A stretch of 64,000 nucleotides of DNA from Penicillus capitatus (Eukaryota; Plantae; Chlorophyta), in the NCBI GenBank assembly GCA_965649825.1, contig OZ287704.1, positions 604,301 through 668,300 on the forward strand. The letters are read 5' to 3'. The notes under the pieces were generated by a model, which was not told where the DNA came from, searched no databases, and saw only the letters and a program-made list of their open reading frames with translations. Made by a program: the position numbers and the translations under genes. Positions 62,101 through 64,000 of this stretch are shown here, in pieces. How positions within the stretch are numbered: position 1 is the first letter of the stretch; each line of letters opens with the position of its first letter.

Positions 62101-64000
62101 GCGAGTTCTTGCGACATCTTGCTTTGAGCTTCGTCAATCGAATATGTCTCACGACCAATGATGTCCTGCGCTTCTGGGCTGGGATCTTGTGACTTCAGAG
62201 GCAGCCGTCGCTCAGAGAGGATCTGTTCGGCAATGTCCATCCCTGTCATTTCGGCCTTCTGCATGGAGAGCAATAAAGTGACGCGAGCAACATTCCGAGA
62301 AGGCCTTGCCGTTGAAAAAAGAGTGCCATTGTGTGCGACGCTCACGATATGATGATGGTCCATTGACAGACCTAAACCAACAATGGCCCCGTTCTCTGAA
62401 TCATGCAGCATCCATCGTTTTTCTTCGTGCCATCCAGATTCTCTTTCAGCATTTGTCGCTTCCATACGGCCGATGCAAACGATGCCGTCTTTGGAACCCA
62501 AGATGAGACGGTTGGAAGAGGCGCAGACCCTGATACATGTCACGAACAAGCCGTTGTCGATCGAGGTCACCCATTTGAATGTACTGTCTGCCAAAGAAGC
62601 GACGATAACCTAGAAAGAAACTCCAAATAGAAACAGAAAAGACGCTGCCCGGTGTGTACCGTATTGAAACTCCGTCCACCGAGCGATACAATCAGCCAAG
62701 GATCACTGCTGCCTTCAGTAAACATATTTTCGATGGCCAGAATTGAAACGCTCTCGCAATTTGCGCCGTACAAAGATTCTGCTGGTACAGAAGCAAAGTA
62801 TAAGACGCCAGAAGATGTGATGTTATGTACCTAGCCCTATTTCGACTGGTGAGCAATCGAACTGTTGTATTTCATTAGCGTGACATGGCTCCGACTGCTC
62901 CAGGAACTGCAGATCGATCCTGAAGAGCTTTCCATGTCGTGTGCCATGATAGAGTTCTCTGTTTCCCTTCGCCAAACACCCAGCCGTCATCTCGTCCGCA
63001 GGAAGAGTACCCGCTGCGTCATCCAAAGGCACAGCACCCTTTCCAAGGGGCAGAAGATTGCAGCTTGAAAGCGAAAAGAAGAAAAGACTGCCATCTTGAG
63101 AGACGGTAGCCACGGATTCGTGCAAAGCATGAACAGCAATGACCGGCGCCTAGATGGACACCATTGGTAATGCCATCTCTTCGGCAATTCATGTCCGTGC
63201 CTTGTGCGGTTTGACAGCAGAGATGAGTTTCCATCCGTCGAGGCATCTCTTCAAAACACGCACCGTCCCATCTTCAAATCCAACGATGCAGTGTCGGCCG
63301 TCCAAATCTGAAGACAAAAGCATCGATCCCATGCACGTTGCGCCCGCGGAAAACGGAGCACTCTTGTATAGCAACCTCTTCTCCCTAAATAACAGCAGTC
63401 GTCTTTTATGTGACAGGGACGTTATATCTCTCACTCAATCGCGTACAGACAGATCGTTCCATCTCCAGCAGCAACAGCACAGCAGTCGCCTTTCTCAAAG
63501 ACGACCAATCCGCCGATTTTTCCCGAAGGAAAATCCCAGATCATCTCTATTTTCAGCGTTTTTTCGTTGGGATGTTGTGTCGGTGACGCCAATGAGAGCA
63601 GCCCTCCTGAGGCGAGAAACACAACCCAGGTGCGTTCTAGTTGGATCAAGCTCTCGATGCGATAAATCTTTCCCGCTTCTGATCCGTCCTGATCTTTTAG
63701 ATCGACAACGCGTAGAGGGATGACTTCCACGTAAGGAATGCCTCCGACCTCAGCATCGGGAGAATGCAACAATTGCTCCGGTGCCCAGAACTTAATACAT
63801 CCATCCGAAGCAGCTGTGATCACTTGATGTGATTTCATGTCCAGCTCCACGTGGCGGATGGCATCGTCGTGGCATTTCTTGCCACCAGGGCATCGGAATA
63901 CTGCCTGTGCGAAGCAATGGATTTCAAGACACCCGTTTGCCATAGCAACACACCTGAACCAGGCATTCCCTCCAGAGAAGCAGTTCGCCGCTGTCTGTTC
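59198..64000 (-). CDS. CFAP44: Cilia- and flagella-associated protein 44 (WD40 repeats + coiled coils), 5'-partial, multi-exon
   Basis: WD repeats (CHDDAIRHV..ITAASDGCIKFW, VATVSQDGSLFFF, VGFEDGTVRVL). CFAP44-type motifs DIIGRETYSIDEAQ..KKKRIRRYMEDLREQF, AKETIGEWKFKTDHDY, MLRFGQVIDLDELD and terminal LKNCILRFRRK. Confidence 0.8.

Noticed and set aside
1-64000. tRNA, rRNA, snRNA or telomeric repeats
   Set aside because: None recognised by eye. A tRNAscan-SE/Infernal run would be needed to exclude them.

Overview
Eukaryotic nuclear DNA with very short spliceosomal introns (about 42-60 nt) and the standard genetic code. It is probably a chlorophyte alga (inference): it has nucleus-encoded plastid rpL17 and trigger factor with transit peptides, a PP2-A10-like gene and flagellar CFAP44. 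A dense single-copy core at ~15.4-22.8 kb (STE24, plastid RPL17, PP2-A10-like, an orphan, trigger factor) is surrounded by inverted segmental duplications. The left arm A (1-14.5 kb, genes on -) carries a Pmp-type beta-helix/Cys-rich/multi-TM receptor-like gene, an orphan helical gene, a four-MATH(TRAF)-domain gene and a Cys/Trp-repeat membrane protein gene. Arm B (28.5-40.1 kb, +) repeats the MATH, orphan and receptor genes. Arm C (48.5-57.8 kb, +) repeats the Cys/Trp and MATH genes, with RCC1 and a LINE ORF1 fragment between them. The copies show patchwork identity, substitutions clustered in the receptor beta-helix turns, a micro-inversion and several disabling lesions. A second inverted pair (X 25.2-27.3 kb, Y 42.3-46.1 kb) shares a 1.2-kb tail but carries two different, distantly related minisatellites. 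CFAP44 occupies the right end. All identities were judged by eye and no database searches were run.
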